Source: Clostridiaceae bacterium
GTDB taxonomy: Bacteria > Bacillota > Clostridia > Oscillospirales > Acutalibacteraceae
Assembly (NCBI GenBank): GCA_016285645.1
Contig: JAEERC010000044.1
Coordinates: 35,040 to 99,039, forward strand
Direction of reading: 5' to 3'
Length of the DNA: 64,000 nt
The notes beneath the pieces are model-generated. The model was not told where the DNA came from, made no database searches, and saw only the letters and a program-made list of their open reading frames with translations. This document shows, piece after piece, positions 8,684 through 19,934 of the stretch. The stretch's first letter is position 1; each line of letters begins with the position of its first letter. A program made the position numbers and the translations under genes.

Positions 8684-9727
8684 ATGATAAACAATTCAAA
8701 ATCCGAAAGCTACGCGGCCGCGGGCGTTGACATCACCGCGGGCTACAAAGCCGTTGAACTTATGAAGAGCCATATAGCCAGAACCCTTTCGGGCGGCGCT
8801 CTTTCGGACATAGGCGGTTTCGGCGGCCTTTTCGAACTTGATTTGACGGGAATCAATCACCCCGTTCTTGTAAGCGGTACGGACGGCGTGGGAACAAAGC
8901 TGAAACTCGCTTTTCTTGCTGACAAACACGACACAGTCGGTATCGACTGCGTGGCAATGTGCGTAAACGATATTATCTGCTGCGGAGCAAAGCCGCTCTT
9001 CTTCCTCGATTATATTGCCTGCGGCAAGAACTATCCCGAGAAAATCGCTTCCATCGTTTCGGGCGTGTGCGAGGGCTGTGTTCAGTCCGGCTGCTCGCTT
9101 ATAGGCGGCGAAACGGCGGAAATGCCCGGCTTTTATCCGGTTGACGAATATGACCTCGCCGGATTTTCCGTTGGCGTGGTTGATAAGGAAAAGGTTATTG
9201 ACAACAAAAAGATGATTCCCGGCGATGTGATTATCGCCCTTCCCTCAAGCGGTGTTCATTCAAACGGCTTTTCGCTTGTGAGAAAAGTTTTCGATGTTGA
9301 AAACAGCGATATCAAATCCCCGGTTGACGCCCTCGGCGGCAAATCAATAGCCGAAGCGCTCCTCACACCGACAAAGATTTATGTCAAACCCGTTCTCGCC
9401 CTTCTTGAAGAGGTTGAGGTCAAAGGCATTTCGCACATCACGGGCGGCGGATTCTATGAGAATATTCCGAGAAGCATTCCCGACGGCCTCGGCGCTAAAA
9501 TAGAAAAATCCTCAATAAAAGTTCTCCCGATATTCGATCTCATCGCCAAAACCGGCAATATTCCCGAGCGCGATATGTTCAACACATTCAATATGGGTGT
9601 CGGAATGAGCATTGTCGTTGCCGGGGAGAACGCTCAGAAGGCGGTTGAAATACTCAAATTAAACGGCGAGGACGCGTACATCATCGGCGAAATCGTCAGC
9701 TCCGATAATAAAATCGAGCTTGTTTAA
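8684..9727 (+). CDS. purM: Phosphoribosylformylglycinamidine cyclo-ligase (AIR synthetase)
   Basis: [37 protein letters not shown]. Confidence 0.97.
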   Translation: MINNSKSESYAAAGVDITAGYKAVELMKSHIARTLSGGALSDIGGFGGLFELDLTGINHPVLVSGTDGVGTKLKLAFLADKHDTVGIDCVAMCVNDIICCGAKPLFFLDYIACGKNYPEKIASIVSGVCEGCVQSGCSLIGGETAEMPGFYPVDEYDLAGFSVGVVDKEKVIDNKKMIPGDVIIALPSSGVHSNGFSLVRKVFDVENSDIKSPVDALGGKSIAEALLTPTKIYVKPVLALLEEVEVKGISHITGGGFYENIPRSIPDGLGAKIEKSSIKVLPIFDLIAKTGNIPERDMFNTFNMGVGMSIVVAGENAQKAVEILKLNGEDAYIIGEIVSSDNKIELV

Positions 9728-9732
9728 CCGGG

Positions 9733-10356
9733 GTGAATGCCATGGAAAAAGCGAGAATAGCGGTTATGGTTTCGGGCGGCGGCACAAATCTTCAGGCGCT
9801 TATCGACGCCCGGATTTCCGGCATTATAAAAAGCGGCGAAATCTGCCTTGTTATTTCTAACAGCCACACCGCCTTCGCCCTCGAAAGAGCGAGAAAAGCG
9901 GGAATAAAAACATTCAGCGTTACCAAAAAGGAACTCGGCTCGCAGGAGGCGTTTGAAAAAGCGGTTATTGACGAGCTCGAAAAGGAAAAAATCGATCTGA
10001 TTATACTTGCGGGATTCCTCAGCATCTTAAGTAAGGATTTCACCGACAGATACAAGAGAAGAATAATCAACATTCATCCCTCGCTTATCCCCTCGTTCTG
10101 CGGCGACGGATATTACGGACTCAAGGTTCACGAGGCGGCTCTCGCGAAGGGCGTAAAAGTAACCGGCGCAACCGTTCACTATGTAAATGAAATTCCCGAC
10201 GGGGGAGAGATAATTTTACAGAAGGCGGTTTACATCCGCAAAAACGACACTGCCGAAACTTTACAGCGCAGGGTTATGGAACAGGCGGAGTGGAAAATTC
10301 TTCCCGCGGCCGCCGAAATCTGTTCAAAGGAAATAATTAACAGTAAGGAGAAATAA
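9733..10356 (+). CDS. purN: Phosphoribosylglycinamide formyltransferase
   Basis: SGGGTNLQAL, INIHPSLIPSF, TGATVHYV, DGGEII (start may be ATG 9742). Confidence 0.95.
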   Translation: MNAMEKARIAVMVSGGGTNLQALIDARISGIIKSGEICLVISNSHTAFALERARKAGIKTFSVTKKELGSQEAFEKAVIDELEKEKIDLIILAGFLSILSKDFTDRYKRRIINIHPSLIPSFCGDGYYGLKVHEAALAKGVKVTGATVHYVNEIPDGGEIILQKAVYIRKNDTAETLQRRVMEQAEWKILPAAAEICSKEIINSKEK

Positions 10357-10358
10357 AT

Positions 10359-11078
10359 ATGGGCATCTATGATATCAACAAAATTTCGGACCTTTTAAGC
10401 GTCAACACCTATCCCGGCAGAGGAATAGTCATCGGCAAAACTCCCGACGGCAAAAAGGCGGCTTTCGCCTATTTCATCATGGGCAGAAGCGAAAACAGCC
10501 GCAACAGAATATTCACCGAAAAAGACGGCGCCGTTTACACCGAGCCCTTCGATGTTTCGAAGGTTGAGGACCCGAGTCTTATAATTTACGCGGCCGTCCG
10601 TTCAATCGGCAATAAAACAATAGTCACAAACGGCGATCAGACCGACACGATTTATGATTACATAAAGGACGGCAAAACATTCGAGCAGGCGCTTGATACA
10701 AGATGCTTTGAACCCGACGGCCCGAACTGGACCCCGAGAATCAGCGGACTTCTTACTTTTGAAAACGGTGAATTCACCTATAAAATGAGCATTCTCAAGA
10801 GCGCCGACGCGGAGGGCTCGGCCTGCAACAGATTCACTTACAACTACGCTCCTCTCAGCGGTCTCGGCCATTTCATTCACACCTACAACTGTGACGGCAA
10901 TCCCATTCCCACCTTCTCGAAGGAACCCGAGCGAGTCACTGTATCGGATGACATAGATGAATACACAACGGATATCTGGAACTCCCTCAACGAGGCGAAC
11001 AAGATTTCGTTATATGTTAGTTTTATTGACCTTGAAACAGGCAAGGCGGACAGCAGATTAATCAATAAAAACGCTTGA
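10359..11078 (+). CDS. Stand-alone IMP cyclohydrolase (archaeal PurO-like family)
   Basis: YPGRGIV, AYFIMGRSENSRNR, TNGDQTD, FEPDGPNWTPRISG motifs; position in pur operon. Confidence 0.88.
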   Translation: MGIYDINKISDLLSVNTYPGRGIVIGKTPDGKKAAFAYFIMGRSENSRNRIFTEKDGAVYTEPFDVSKVEDPSLIIYAAVRSIGNKTIVTNGDQTDTIYDYIKDGKTFEQALDTRCFEPDGPNWTPRISGLLTFENGEFTYKMSILKSADAEGSACNRFTYNYAPLSGLGHFIHTYNCDGNPIPTFSKEPERVTVSDDIDEYTTDIWNSLNEANKISLYVSFIDLETGKADSRLINKNA

Positions 11079-11097
11079 TTATAAAGGAGACAGAGCA

Positions 11098-12282
11098 ATG
11101 AAAGAGTTTGAACTTAAATACGGTTGCAACCCCAACCAGAAGCCGTCGAAAATCTATATGAAAAACGGCGGCGACCTTCCCATTGATATTCTCAGCGGCA
11201 GACCGGGCTATATCAATTTCCTCGACGCCTTCAATTCCTGGCAGCTTGTAAAGGAACTCAAAGAGGCGCTCGGACTTCCCGCCGTTACATCCTTCAAACA
11301 CGTGAGCCCCACCTCGGCGGCTGTTGGTATTCCGCTTTCGGACACACTCAAAAAGGCGTGCTTTGTCGATGACATTGAGGGTCTTGATGATTCACCGCTC
11401 GCCTGCGCTTACGCGAGAGCCAGGGGAACGGACAGAATGTGCTCGTTCGGCGACTGGGTTGCCCTTTCGGATGTCTGCGATGTCACAACAGCCCTCCTTG
11501 TAAAGCGCGAGGTGTCCGACGGCATTATCGCCCCAGGATATGAACCCGAGGCGCTTGAGATTCTCAAATCCAAAAGAAACGGCAATTACAATATTGTCAA
11601 AATCGACCCCGATTATGTTCCCGAGGTTCAGGAGACCAAGCAGGTTTTCGGCATCACATTCGAGCAGGGGAGAAACAATTTCAAAATCGACAGGGAACTG
11701 CTTTCCAATGTTGTTACCGCGAATAAGGAATTACCCGAAAGCGCTGTAAGAGACCTTATTATTTCACTAATCACTCTTAAATACACGCAGTCCAATTCCG
11801 TCTGCTACGCTGTTGACGGCCAGGCAATCGGTGTGGGCGCGGGTCAGCAGTCCAGAATCCACTGCACACGCCTTGCCGGCACAAAGGCGGACACCTGGTT
11901 TTTACGCCAGCACGAAAAGGTTCTCAATCTTCCTTTCCGTGACGATATAAAACGCCCCGACAGAGACAATGTTATTGACGGCTACATCAATAAAAATGAG
12001 GAGGATGTGTGCGCCGACGGTATCTGGCAGAAATATTTCAAAACACAGCCCGCTCCTCTCACCGACGAAGAGGCGAAGGCGTTCCTCGCCACCCGTGACG
12101 GCGTTGCCCTCGGCAGCGACGCGTTCTTCCCGTTCAGCGACAATATCGAGCGCGCTCACAAGAGCGGCGTTAAATACATCGCCGAGCCGGGCGGCTCAAT
12201 CAGGGATGACGCCGTTATTGAGTGCTGCGACAAATACGGTATGGCAATGGCGTTTACCGGAATGAGACTTTTCCATCACTGA
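11098..12282 (+). CDS. purH: AICAR transformylase (PurH formyltransferase domain only)
   Basis: LKYGCNPNQ, SFKHVSP, KYTQSNSV, GAGQQSRIHC, SDAFFPF, PGGSIRD, RLFHH; lacks the MGS-like IMPCH N-domain. Confidence 0.92.
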   Translation: MKEFELKYGCNPNQKPSKIYMKNGGDLPIDILSGRPGYINFLDAFNSWQLVKELKEALGLPAVTSFKHVSPTSAAVGIPLSDTLKKACFVDDIEGLDDSPLACAYARARGTDRMCSFGDWVALSDVCDVTTALLVKREVSDGIIAPGYEPEALEILKSKRNGNYNIVKIDPDYVPEVQETKQVFGITFEQGRNNFKIDRELLSNVVTANKELPESAVRDLIISLITLKYTQSNSVCYAVDGQAIGVGAGQQSRIHCTRLAGTKADTWFLRQHEKVLNLPFRDDIKRPDRDNVIDGYINKNEEDVCADGIWQKYFKTQPAPLTDEEAKAFLATRDGVALGSDAFFPFSDNIERAHKSGVKYIAEPGGSIRDDAVIECCDKYGMAMAFTGMRLFHH

Positions 12283-12297
12283 TATCGGAGACTGATT

Positions 12298-13569
12298 ATG
12301 AACATTATTGTTGTAGGCGGCGGCGGCCGCGAACACGCCATTATAAAGTCGCTTAAAAAGAATAAAGAAATTGAAACGATATTCGCTCTGCCCGGCAACG
12401 GCGGAATGAAGGACGACGCTGTTCTTGTAAATATTTCCGCCACCGACATTGACGGTATAGTAGATTTCGCCGTAAATAATAACATCGGCTTTGCTGTTGT
12501 GGCTCCCGACGACCCGCTCGTTCTCGGCGCTGTTGACGCATTGAACGCCAAGGGTATTCCCTGCTTCGGCCCCGAAAAGAAGGCGGCGATTATCGAGGGC
12601 AGTAAGGTCTTTTCGAAGAACCTTATGAAAAAATACGGCATTCCCACCGCGAAATACGAGGTGTTTGACAATGCCGCGGACGCTCTCAGTTATCTCGAAA
12701 CCGCTCCCGTTCCCACCGTTGTTAAGGCGGACGGTCTCGCTCTGGGCAAAGGCGTTCTCATCTGCAACACCCGCGATGAAGCGAAAAACGCCGTAAAAAC
12801 AATTATGGAGGACAAGGTTTTCGGAGCAAGCGGTAACAGCATTGTTATTGAGGAATTCCTTACGGGCCCCGAGGTCTCCGTGCTCTCGTTTACGGACGGT
12901 AAAACCGTTGTTCCGATGATTTCCTCAATGGACCATAAACGCGCGAGAGACAACGACGAGGGTCTGAACACCGGCGGTATGGGTACGGTCGCTCCAAATC
13001 CCCATTACACAAAAGCCGTTGCCGAAGAATGTATGAATAAGATTTTTATTCCCACAATTGAGGCAATGAACAAAGAGGGCAGAACATTCAGAGGCTGCCT
13101 CTATTTCGGACTTATGATTACACCCGACGGTCCGAAGGTCATTGAATATAACTGCAGGTTCGGCGACCCCGAAACACAGGTTGTGCTTCCTCTTCTCAAA
13201 ACAGACCTTTTCGAGATTATGAAGGCGGTCAGCGAGGAGAGACTTTCGGATATAAATGTTGAATTCAGCGATGAATACGCCTGCTGTGTCATAATGGCTT
13301 CCGACGGGTATCCTCAGAAATATGAGAAGGGCTTTGAAATAAAAGTCAATGATAACTTTGACGCCGAACTGTTTATTGCGGGCGCAAAAGAACAGGACGG
13401 AAAACTGCTTACAAACGGCGGCAGAGTATTGGGCGTTACCGCAGTCGCCGGCACTCTTCCCGAGGCGGTTGAAAAGGCGTATAAAGAGGTTGAAAACGTA
13501 AGTTTTGACAACGCCTATTACCGCAGTGATATCGGCAAAAGAGCGCTCGAAGCATTAAAGGAGGGATAA
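12298..13569 (+). CDS. purD: Phosphoribosylamine-glycine ligase
   Basis: GGGGREHA, VVKADGLALGKGV, NTGGMG, EYNCRFGDPE, YYRSDIG. Confidence 0.97.
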   Translation: MNIIVVGGGGREHAIIKSLKKNKEIETIFALPGNGGMKDDAVLVNISATDIDGIVDFAVNNNIGFAVVAPDDPLVLGAVDALNAKGIPCFGPEKKAAIIEGSKVFSKNLMKKYGIPTAKYEVFDNAADALSYLETAPVPTVVKADGLALGKGVLICNTRDEAKNAVKTIMEDKVFGASGNSIVIEEFLTGPEVSVLSFTDGKTVVPMISSMDHKRARDNDEGLNTGGMGTVAPNPHYTKAVAEECMNKIFIPTIEAMNKEGRTFRGCLYFGLMITPDGPKVIEYNCRFGDPETQVVLPLLKTDLFEIMKAVSEERLSDINVEFSDEYACCVIMASDGYPQKYEKGFEIKVNDNFDAELFIAGAKEQDGKLLTNGGRVLGVTAVAGTLPEAVEKAYKEVENVSFDNAYYRSDIGKRALEALKEG

Positions 13570-13572
13570 TTT

Positions 13573-16500
13573 ACGGTTTACAGAATTTATGTTGAAAAGA
13601 AACCCGGCCTTGAAAACGAGGCGAATTCCCTTTTTAACGATCTGAAGTCGCTCCTTCAGATTAACGGTCTTACAAAGCTCAGACTTCTCAACAGATATGA
13701 TGTTGAGAATATTACGGAGGAACTGTTCAATTATTCAATCAAAACCGTTTTCTCCGAGCCGCAGCTGGATTTGACATATGACACTCTCGACGCGGATGAA
13801 AACGCAAAAATCTTCGCCGTTGAGTATCTGCCCGGTCAGTTTGACCAGAGAGCGGATTCAGCCGCCCAGTGTATTCAGATTATTTCGCAGGGCGAGAGAC
13901 CGCTTGTAAAAACGGCGAGAATCTATATTCTTTACGGCGACCTTTCCGACGCCGATATGGCGGCTGTGAAGAAATATGTCATAAACCCCGTTGAAAGCAG
14001 AGAGGCGGGGCTTGAGGAATATAAAACATTAAAGAGCGAATATGATATTCCCACAACGGTTGAGACACTCGACGGCTTCTGCGCCCTCGAAAAAGACGGG
14101 CTTGAGGCGTTTATCAAAAAATACGGTCTCGCTATGGATCTCGGCGATATCACATTCTGCCGCGATTATTTCAGAAAGGAACAGCGCGACCCCACAATAA
14201 CGGAAATCAGGATGATTGACACATACTGGTCCGACCACTGCCGTCACACAACCTTCCTGACCGTTATTGACAATGTGAAATTCAGCGATCCTCTTCTTCA
14301 GAAAACTTATGAGGAGTATCTTGCCGCCAGAGAGGAACTCGGCAGAACAAAGCCGATCTGCCTCATGGATATAGGCACAATAGCCGCGAAGGTTCTCAAA
14401 AAACGCGGTATGCTTGAGAAACTCGACGAGTCCGAGGAAATCAACGCCTGCACGGTTAAAATCACGGTAAACGTTGACGGCGCAGATGAGGACTGGCTGC
14501 TTCTCTTTAAAAACGAAACCCACAACCATCCCACCGAGATTGAACCCTTCGGCGGCGCGGCTACCTGCATAGGCGGAGCCATACGCGATCCGCTTTCGGG
14601 CAGATCCTATGTTTACGCCGCCATGCGCGTTACGGGAGCGGCTGACCCGCTCAAGCCCGTAAACGAGACTATTCCCGGCAAGCTTCCGCAGAGAAAACTT
14701 GTTACCACGGCAGCCGCGGGCTACAGTTCCTACGGCAACCAGATAGGTCTCGCAACCGGTCAGGTTGATGAACTTTATCATGAGGGTTATGTAGCGAAAA
14801 GAATGGAGATAGGCGCTGTTATAGCCGCCGCTCCCGCTAAGAACGTACGCAGAGAACGCCCTGTTGACGGAGATATAGTTATTCTTCTCGGCGGCAGAAC
14901 CGGCAGAGACGGCTGCGGCGGCGCAACGGGCTCATCCAAATCGCACACGCTCGAATCGCTTGAAACTTGCGGCGCGGAGGTTCAGAAGGGCAACGCTCCC
15001 GAGGAAAGAAAACTGCAGAGACTTTTCCGCAATGAAGAGGCCTCGCTGCTTATAAAGCGCTGCAACGATTTCGGCGCGGGCGGTGTATCCGTTGCCATAG
15101 GTGAACTTGCCGACGGTCTTGAAATAGACCTTAACGCGGTTCCGAGAAAATATGACGGTCTTGACGGCACCGAACTCGCAATAAGCGAATCGCAGGAAAG
15201 AATGGCTGTTGTTGTCGCTGCTCAGGATGTTGACAGATTCAAGGAAATCGCCGACAGCGAAAACCTTGAGGCGACGGTTGTTGCCGTTGTAAAGGATGAG
15301 CCGAGACTCAGAATGAAATGGAACGGCAAATATATAGTTGACATTTCAAGGGAGTTCTTAAACACCAACGGCGCGGACAAGCATATTGACATAGCGCCCG
15401 TTTCCCCCGAGGATTACAGCAAAGATATAGGAAACGATTTCGCGGAAGAATACAAAAAACTCGCGGGGGACCTCAATGTCTGCTCAAAGCGCGGTCTTTC
15501 CGAAAGATTCGACTCCACCATCGGCGCGGGTACTGTTATGATGCCCTTCGGCGGCAAAAACCAGATTACACCCTCGCTCGCTATGGTAAACAAGATTTCC
15601 GTCGAAAAGAAAAACACCGATACCGTCTCGCTTATGAGCTGGGGCTACAACCCGTATATTGCCGAAAAGAGCCCTTATCACTCGGCTTATCTCGCGGTTG
15701 TCGAATCCGTTTCCAAACTCATTTCCGCTGGCGCTGAGTTTAAAGATGTTTATCTTACATTCCAGGAGTACTTTGAAAAGCCGATGCAGTCTCCCGAACG
15801 CTGGGGCAAACCGCTGAGCGCTCTTCTCGGCGCTTTCAAAGCGCAGATGGAATACGGCATAGCGGCTATCGGCGGCAAGGACTCAATGAGCGGCACATTT
15901 GAAAATATTGATGTTCCGCCCACTCTCGTTTCATTTGCCGTTACTACTGACTGCAACAAAAATATAATAACTCCCGAATTCAAGGGCGCCGGGCACAAGG
16001 TTGTTCTTCTGACTCCCGATTATGACGAAAACAATCTTCCCGTTGCGGATAGTGTAAAATCGATATTCTCAACGGTTACCGGTCTTATCAGACAGGGCAA
16101 GGTTCTTTCCGCTTATACCCCCGGTTTCGGCGGCATTGCGGAGGCGGTTATGAAAGCCTGCTTCGGTAACTCGGTCGGCTTTGACTATGACGCAAATATT
16201 TCAATTAAAGATATTTTCTCATACTCATACGGTTCGTTCATTCTCGAACTCTACTGCGAGGATGATATCGGCAGAGTGCTGGGCTATACAACGGATAAAA
16301 ATTGTATATCTTATAATGACAACTGTCTCGGTCTTGACGAACTGCTCTCAATTTATGAAGGCAAACTCGAGCCCGTTTACGCCTGCAACATAAAGCAGGG
16401 CGGCAAAGAGATTCCCGCTTTTGAATACAGAGCGGAAACAAGGGTTTCGCCCGCGATTAAAACCGCGAAGCCGAAGGTTCTCATTCCCGTATTCCCGGGC

Positions 16501-17265
16501 ACCAACTGCGAATACGACACCGCGAAGGCGTTTGCCGCGGCGGGAGCGGAGCCCGAGATTATCGTTATCAAAAACCTCACCGCGTCGGGAATTACCGAAT
16601 CGGTTGAATACTTCTCAAAGGCGCTCAAAGACGCGAACATCGTTTTTATTCCCGGCGGCTTCTCGGGCGGCGATGAACCCGACGGCTCGGGCAAATTCAT
16701 AACCGCGTTTTTCAGAAACGCCTCGGTCAAGGACGGCGTGCACGAACTGCTCAATAACCGCGACGGTCTTGTGGGCGGCATATGCAACGGCTTCCAGGCG
16801 CTCATAAAACTCGGTCTTGTTCCCTACGGCGAGATTATCGACACCGACGAAAACTGCCCGACTCTTACATTCAACACAATCGGGCGCCACCAGTCGAGGA
16901 TAGTCAGAACGAGAATCGCCTCAGACAAGTCACCCTGGCTTATGAACACTCAGGTCGGCGATATTTACAGTGTTCCCATTTCACACGGCGAGGGCAAATT
17001 CCTCGCTTCGGATGACTTGATTATGAAGCTTGCCGAAAACGGTCAGATTGCCACACAGTATGTTGACCTTGAAGGCAATCCCACCTCGGATGTCCGCTTC
17101 AATCCCAACGACTCCTGCTTCGCCATTGAAGGCATCACTTCACCCGACGGCAGGGTGTTCGGCAAGATGGGTCACAGCGAAAGATACTCAGACGGGCTTT
17201 ATCTCAATGTTCAGGGCAATTATAAAATCGGAATTTTTGATTCCGCTGTCAAATATTTTAAATAA
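13573..17265 (+). CDS. purL: Phosphoribosylformylglycinamidine synthase, large fused type; probable ACG start
   Basis: WSDHCRH, NETHNHPTEIEPFGGAATC, FPGTNCE, GICNGFQ, HSER; frame is open and homologous upstream of the track start (13771) back to ACG-GTT-TAC-AGA at 13573, 8 nt after AAGGAGG. Confidence 0.92.
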   Translation, partial: TVYRIYVEKKPGLENEANSLFNDLKSLLQINGLTKLRLLNRYDVENITEELFNYSIKTVFSEPQLDLTYDTLDADENAKIFAVEYLPGQFDQRADSAAQCIQIISQGERPLVKTARIYILYGDLSDADMAAVKKYVINPVESREAGLEEYKTLKSEYDIPTTVETLDGFCALEKDGLEAFIKKYGLAMDLGDITFCRDYFRKEQRDPTITEIRMIDTYWSDHCRHTTFLTVIDNVKFSDPLLQKTYEEYLAAREELGRTKPICLMDIGTIAAKVLKKRGMLEKLDESEEINACTVKITVNVDGADEDWLLLFKNETHNHPTEIEPFGGAATCIGGAIRDPLSGRSYVYAAMRVTGAADPLKPVNETIPGKLPQRKLVTTAAAGYSSYGNQIGLATGQVDELYHEGYVAKRMEIGAVIAAAPAKNVRRERPVDGDIVILLGGRTGRDGCGGATGSSKSHTLESLETCGAEVQKGNAPEERKLQRLFRNEEASLLIKRCNDFGAGGVSVAIGELADGLEIDLNAVPRKYDGLDGTELAISESQERMAVVVAAQDVDRFKEIADSENLEATVVAVVKDEPRLRMKWNGKYIVDISREFLNTNGADKHIDIAPVSPEDYSKDIGNDFAEEYKKLAGDLNVCSKRGLSERFDSTIGAGTVMMPFGGKNQITPSLAMVNKISVEKKNTDTVSLMSWGYNPYIAEKSPYHSAYLAVVESVSKLISAGAEFKDVYLTFQEYFEKPMQSPERWGKPLSALLGAFKAQMEYGIAAIGGKDSMSGTFENIDVPPTLVSFAVTTDCNKNIITPEFKGAGHKVVLLTPDYDENNLPVADSVKSIFSTVTGLIRQGKVLSAYTPGFGGIAEAVMKACFGNSVGFDYDANISIKDIFSYSYGSFILELYCEDDIGRVLGYTTDKNCISYNDNCLGLDELLSIYEGKLEPVYACNIKQGGKEIPAFEYRAETRVSPAIKTAKPKVLIPVFPGTNCEYDTAKAFAAAGAEPEIIVIKNLTASGITESVEYFSKALKDANIVFIPGGFSGGDEPDGSGKFITAFFRNASVKDGVHELLNNRDGLVGGICNGFQALIKLGLVPYGEIIDTDENCPTLTFNTIGRHQSRIVRTRIASDKSPWLMNTQVGDIYSVPISHGEGKFLASDDLIMKLAENGQIATQYVDLEGNPTSDVRFNPNDSCFAIEGITSPDGRVFGKMGHSERYSDGLYLNVQGNYKIGIFDSAVKYFK

Positions 17266-17277
17266 GGAGTTGAAAAA

Positions 17278-18783
17278 ATGGCTGTTTATTTTGAAGAACC
17301 CTCAAGAACCTTTAACGAATATCTTCTTATTCCGGGATATACCTCAAAGGAAAATATTCCCGCCAATGTCTGCCTCAAAACTCCTCTTGTAAAATATCGC
17401 AAGGGTGAAGAGGAGTGCCCCATAAGTCTCAATATTCCCATGGTCTCCGCCATTATGCAGTCCGTTTCAAACGACACCATGGCAATCGCTCTTGCCCGTG
17501 AAGGCGGAATGTCATTCATCTACGGCTCACAGACCATTGAGGATGAGGCGGCTATGGTCGCGAGAGTAAAGGCGTATAAATCCGGCTTCGTTCTCAGCGA
17601 CAGCAACTTGAAGCCCGACTCAACCTTAGCCGATGTGCTCAACCTTTTTGAGGAAAAGGGCCACAACACAATGGCTGTTACCGAGGACGGAACGCCCAAC
17701 GGCAAACTGCTCGGCATAGTCACCAGCCGCGATTACAGGGTAAGCCGTATGTCGCTTGACCTCAAGGTTTCGGAGTTTATGACTCCGCTTGAGCACCTTG
17801 TATGCGCTCCCGAAACCACCACCCTCAAAGAGGCCAACGATATTATCTGGGAGCACAAGTTAAACTCTCTTCCGATTGTTGACTCCAACGGCTGCCTTCT
17901 CTATCTTGTTTTCCGCAAGGACTATTCGCAGCACAAGGAAAATCCTCAGGAACTGCTCGACTCCAACAAGAGTTATATGGTAGGCGCCGGCATAAACTCC
18001 ATCGACTATGAAAAGCGTGTTCCCGCCCTTGTTGAGGCGGGCGCCGATGTGCTTTGCATAGACTCGTCCGAGGGATATTCCTGCTGGCAGAAACAGACTA
18101 TTGATTTTATCCGTGAAAAATACGGCGACAAGGTCAAGGTCGGCGCGGGCAATGTTGTTGACCGCGAGGGCTTTATGTTCCTTGCCGAAAGCGGCGCCGA
18201 TTTTGTAAAAGTAGGTATTGGCGGCGGCTCAATCTGCATTACCCGTGAAACAAAGGGCATAGGCAGAGGTCAGGCAACTGCCGTTATTGAGGTTGCCGCG
18301 GCGAGAGACGAGTATTTCAAGAAGACCGGCATATATGTTCCCATCTGCTCCGACGGCGGCATTGTTCACGATTATCATATGACTCTCGCACTCGCTATGG
18401 GCGCCGATTTCCTTATGCTCGGCAGATATTTCGCGAGGTTCGACGAAAGCCCGACTCCGAAGGTGAATATCAACGGCACCTATGTAAAGGAGTACTGGGG
18501 CGAGGGCTCAAACCGCGCGCGCAACTGGCAGAGATACGACCTCGGCGGTAAATCCAAACTATCATTCGAAGAGGGCGTTGACTCCTATGTTACCTACGCG
18601 GGTCCGCTTCACGACAATGTTCTCAAGAGTCTTTACAAAGTTAAATCCACAATGTGCAACTGCGGTGTGCTGACAATAGCCGAATTGCAGGAAAAAGCGA
18701 AACTCACCGTCGTCTCCTCAACGAGCATCATTGAGGGCGGTTATCACGATGTCACTCTCAAATCAACAACAACTCAGGGCTGA
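17278..18783 (+). CDS. guaB: IMP dehydrogenase (with CBS domains)
   Basis: [36 protein letters not shown]. Confidence 0.93.
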   Translation: MAVYFEEPSRTFNEYLLIPGYTSKENIPANVCLKTPLVKYRKGEEECPISLNIPMVSAIMQSVSNDTMAIALAREGGMSFIYGSQTIEDEAAMVARVKAYKSGFVLSDSNLKPDSTLADVLNLFEEKGHNTMAVTEDGTPNGKLLGIVTSRDYRVSRMSLDLKVSEFMTPLEHLVCAPETTTLKEANDIIWEHKLNSLPIVDSNGCLLYLVFRKDYSQHKENPQELLDSNKSYMVGAGINSIDYEKRVPALVEAGADVLCIDSSEGYSCWQKQTIDFIREKYGDKVKVGAGNVVDREGFMFLAESGADFVKVGIGGGSICITRETKGIGRGQATAVIEVAAARDEYFKKTGIYVPICSDGGIVHDYHMTLALAMGADFLMLGRYFARFDESPTPKVNINGTYVKEYWGEGSNRARNWQRYDLGGKSKLSFEEGVDSYVTYAGPLHDNVLKSLYKVKSTMCNCGVLTIAELQEKAKLTVVSSTSIIEGGYHDVTLKSTTTQG

Positions 18784-18802
18784 TTTATAAGGAGGTAAAT
18801 GG

Positions 18803-19933
18803 ATGCTTTCAAGAAAACCGCCTATGGGCTTTAACACCTGGAACACCTTCGGTGAGAAGATAAGCGATTCCGTCATACGCGAAACGGCGGACGCCATGGT
18901 TGAAATGGGTCTTCCGGACGCGGGATATGAATACCTTGTAATCGACGACTGCTGGTCGCTGCGTGACCGCGACCCCGTCACGGGCAAGATAGTTCCCGAC
19001 CCGGTAAAATTCCCCGAGGGAATGAAAGCGGTCAGCGACTATGTTCATTCAAAAGGTCTCAAATTCGGTATGTATTCGTGCGCGGGCACAAGAACCTGCG
19101 CCGATTACCCCGGCAGTTTTGACCACGAATATCTCGATGCCGAAACATTCGCCGAATACGGCGCGGATTTCCTTAAATATGATTTCTGCTATAAACCGCA
19201 AAGCGCGAACGGCCCTCTTCTTTACAGAAGAATGGGCATGGCTTTAAAGGCGTGCGGCAGGGAGATTCTTTTCTCCGCCTGCAACTGGGGCTGTGATGAT
19301 GTTGAAACCTGGATTCGCTCAACGGGCGCTCATATGTACCGCTCAACGGGCGATATAAACGACAATTTCCGCTCCTTCAAGGATATAGCGTTAAGCCAGA
19401 TTGACAAGCTCGCGTATTCCGCCCCCGGCTGCTTTAACGATATCGATATGCTTATTTGCGGTATGTACGGCAGCGGCAATGTGGCAAACGGCGGCTGCAC
19501 CGATGAGGAATACAAAACACATTTCGCTCTCTGGTGCATGTTCTCGTCGCCTCTTATGCTCGGCGGAGACCTGAGAAAACTCAAGGATCAGCCCTTCATT
19601 CTGAATCTTATAAAGAACAGGAATCTTATAAGAATCAATCAGGATGAAGAGGGGAGACCCGCTGTTGCCGTTTGCAGACGCGACGGCGACCGTGTAACCT
19701 TCGCCAAACACCTTTCAAACAACGAAATCGCGATTATGTTCGCCAATCTCAATGACGACGACGGCAACTGCGAGCTGTTCTTTGATGAACTCGGCATAAC
19801 CGCCGCCGGAGGTTACGGGCTTGAGATGACGGAGTGCTTCACCGGTGAGAACATCGGCGTCAAGAAAGAATATATGAAACGCAGAATTCCCGCTCACGGC
19901 TGCGAAGTGTTCATCTGCAAGCTTTCAAAATAA
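18803..19933 (+). CDS. Alpha-galactosidase, GH27
   Basis: PPMGFNTWN, YLVIDDCW, GLKFGMYS, FLKYDFC, YRSTGDI, FNDIDML. Confidence 0.92.
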   Translation: MLSRKPPMGFNTWNTFGEKISDSVIRETADAMVEMGLPDAGYEYLVIDDCWSLRDRDPVTGKIVPDPVKFPEGMKAVSDYVHSKGLKFGMYSCAGTRTCADYPGSFDHEYLDAETFAEYGADFLKYDFCYKPQSANGPLLYRRMGMALKACGREILFSACNWGCDDVETWIRSTGAHMYRSTGDINDNFRSFKDIALSQIDKLAYSAPGCFNDIDMLICGMYGSGNVANGGCTDEEYKTHFALWCMFSSPLMLGGDLRKLKDQPFILNLIKNRNLIRINQDEEGRPAVAVCRRDGDRVTFAKHLSNNEIAIMFANLNDDDGNCELFFDELGITAAGGYGLEMTECFTGENIGVKKEYMKRRIPAHGCEVFICKLSK

Positions 19934-19934
19934 G

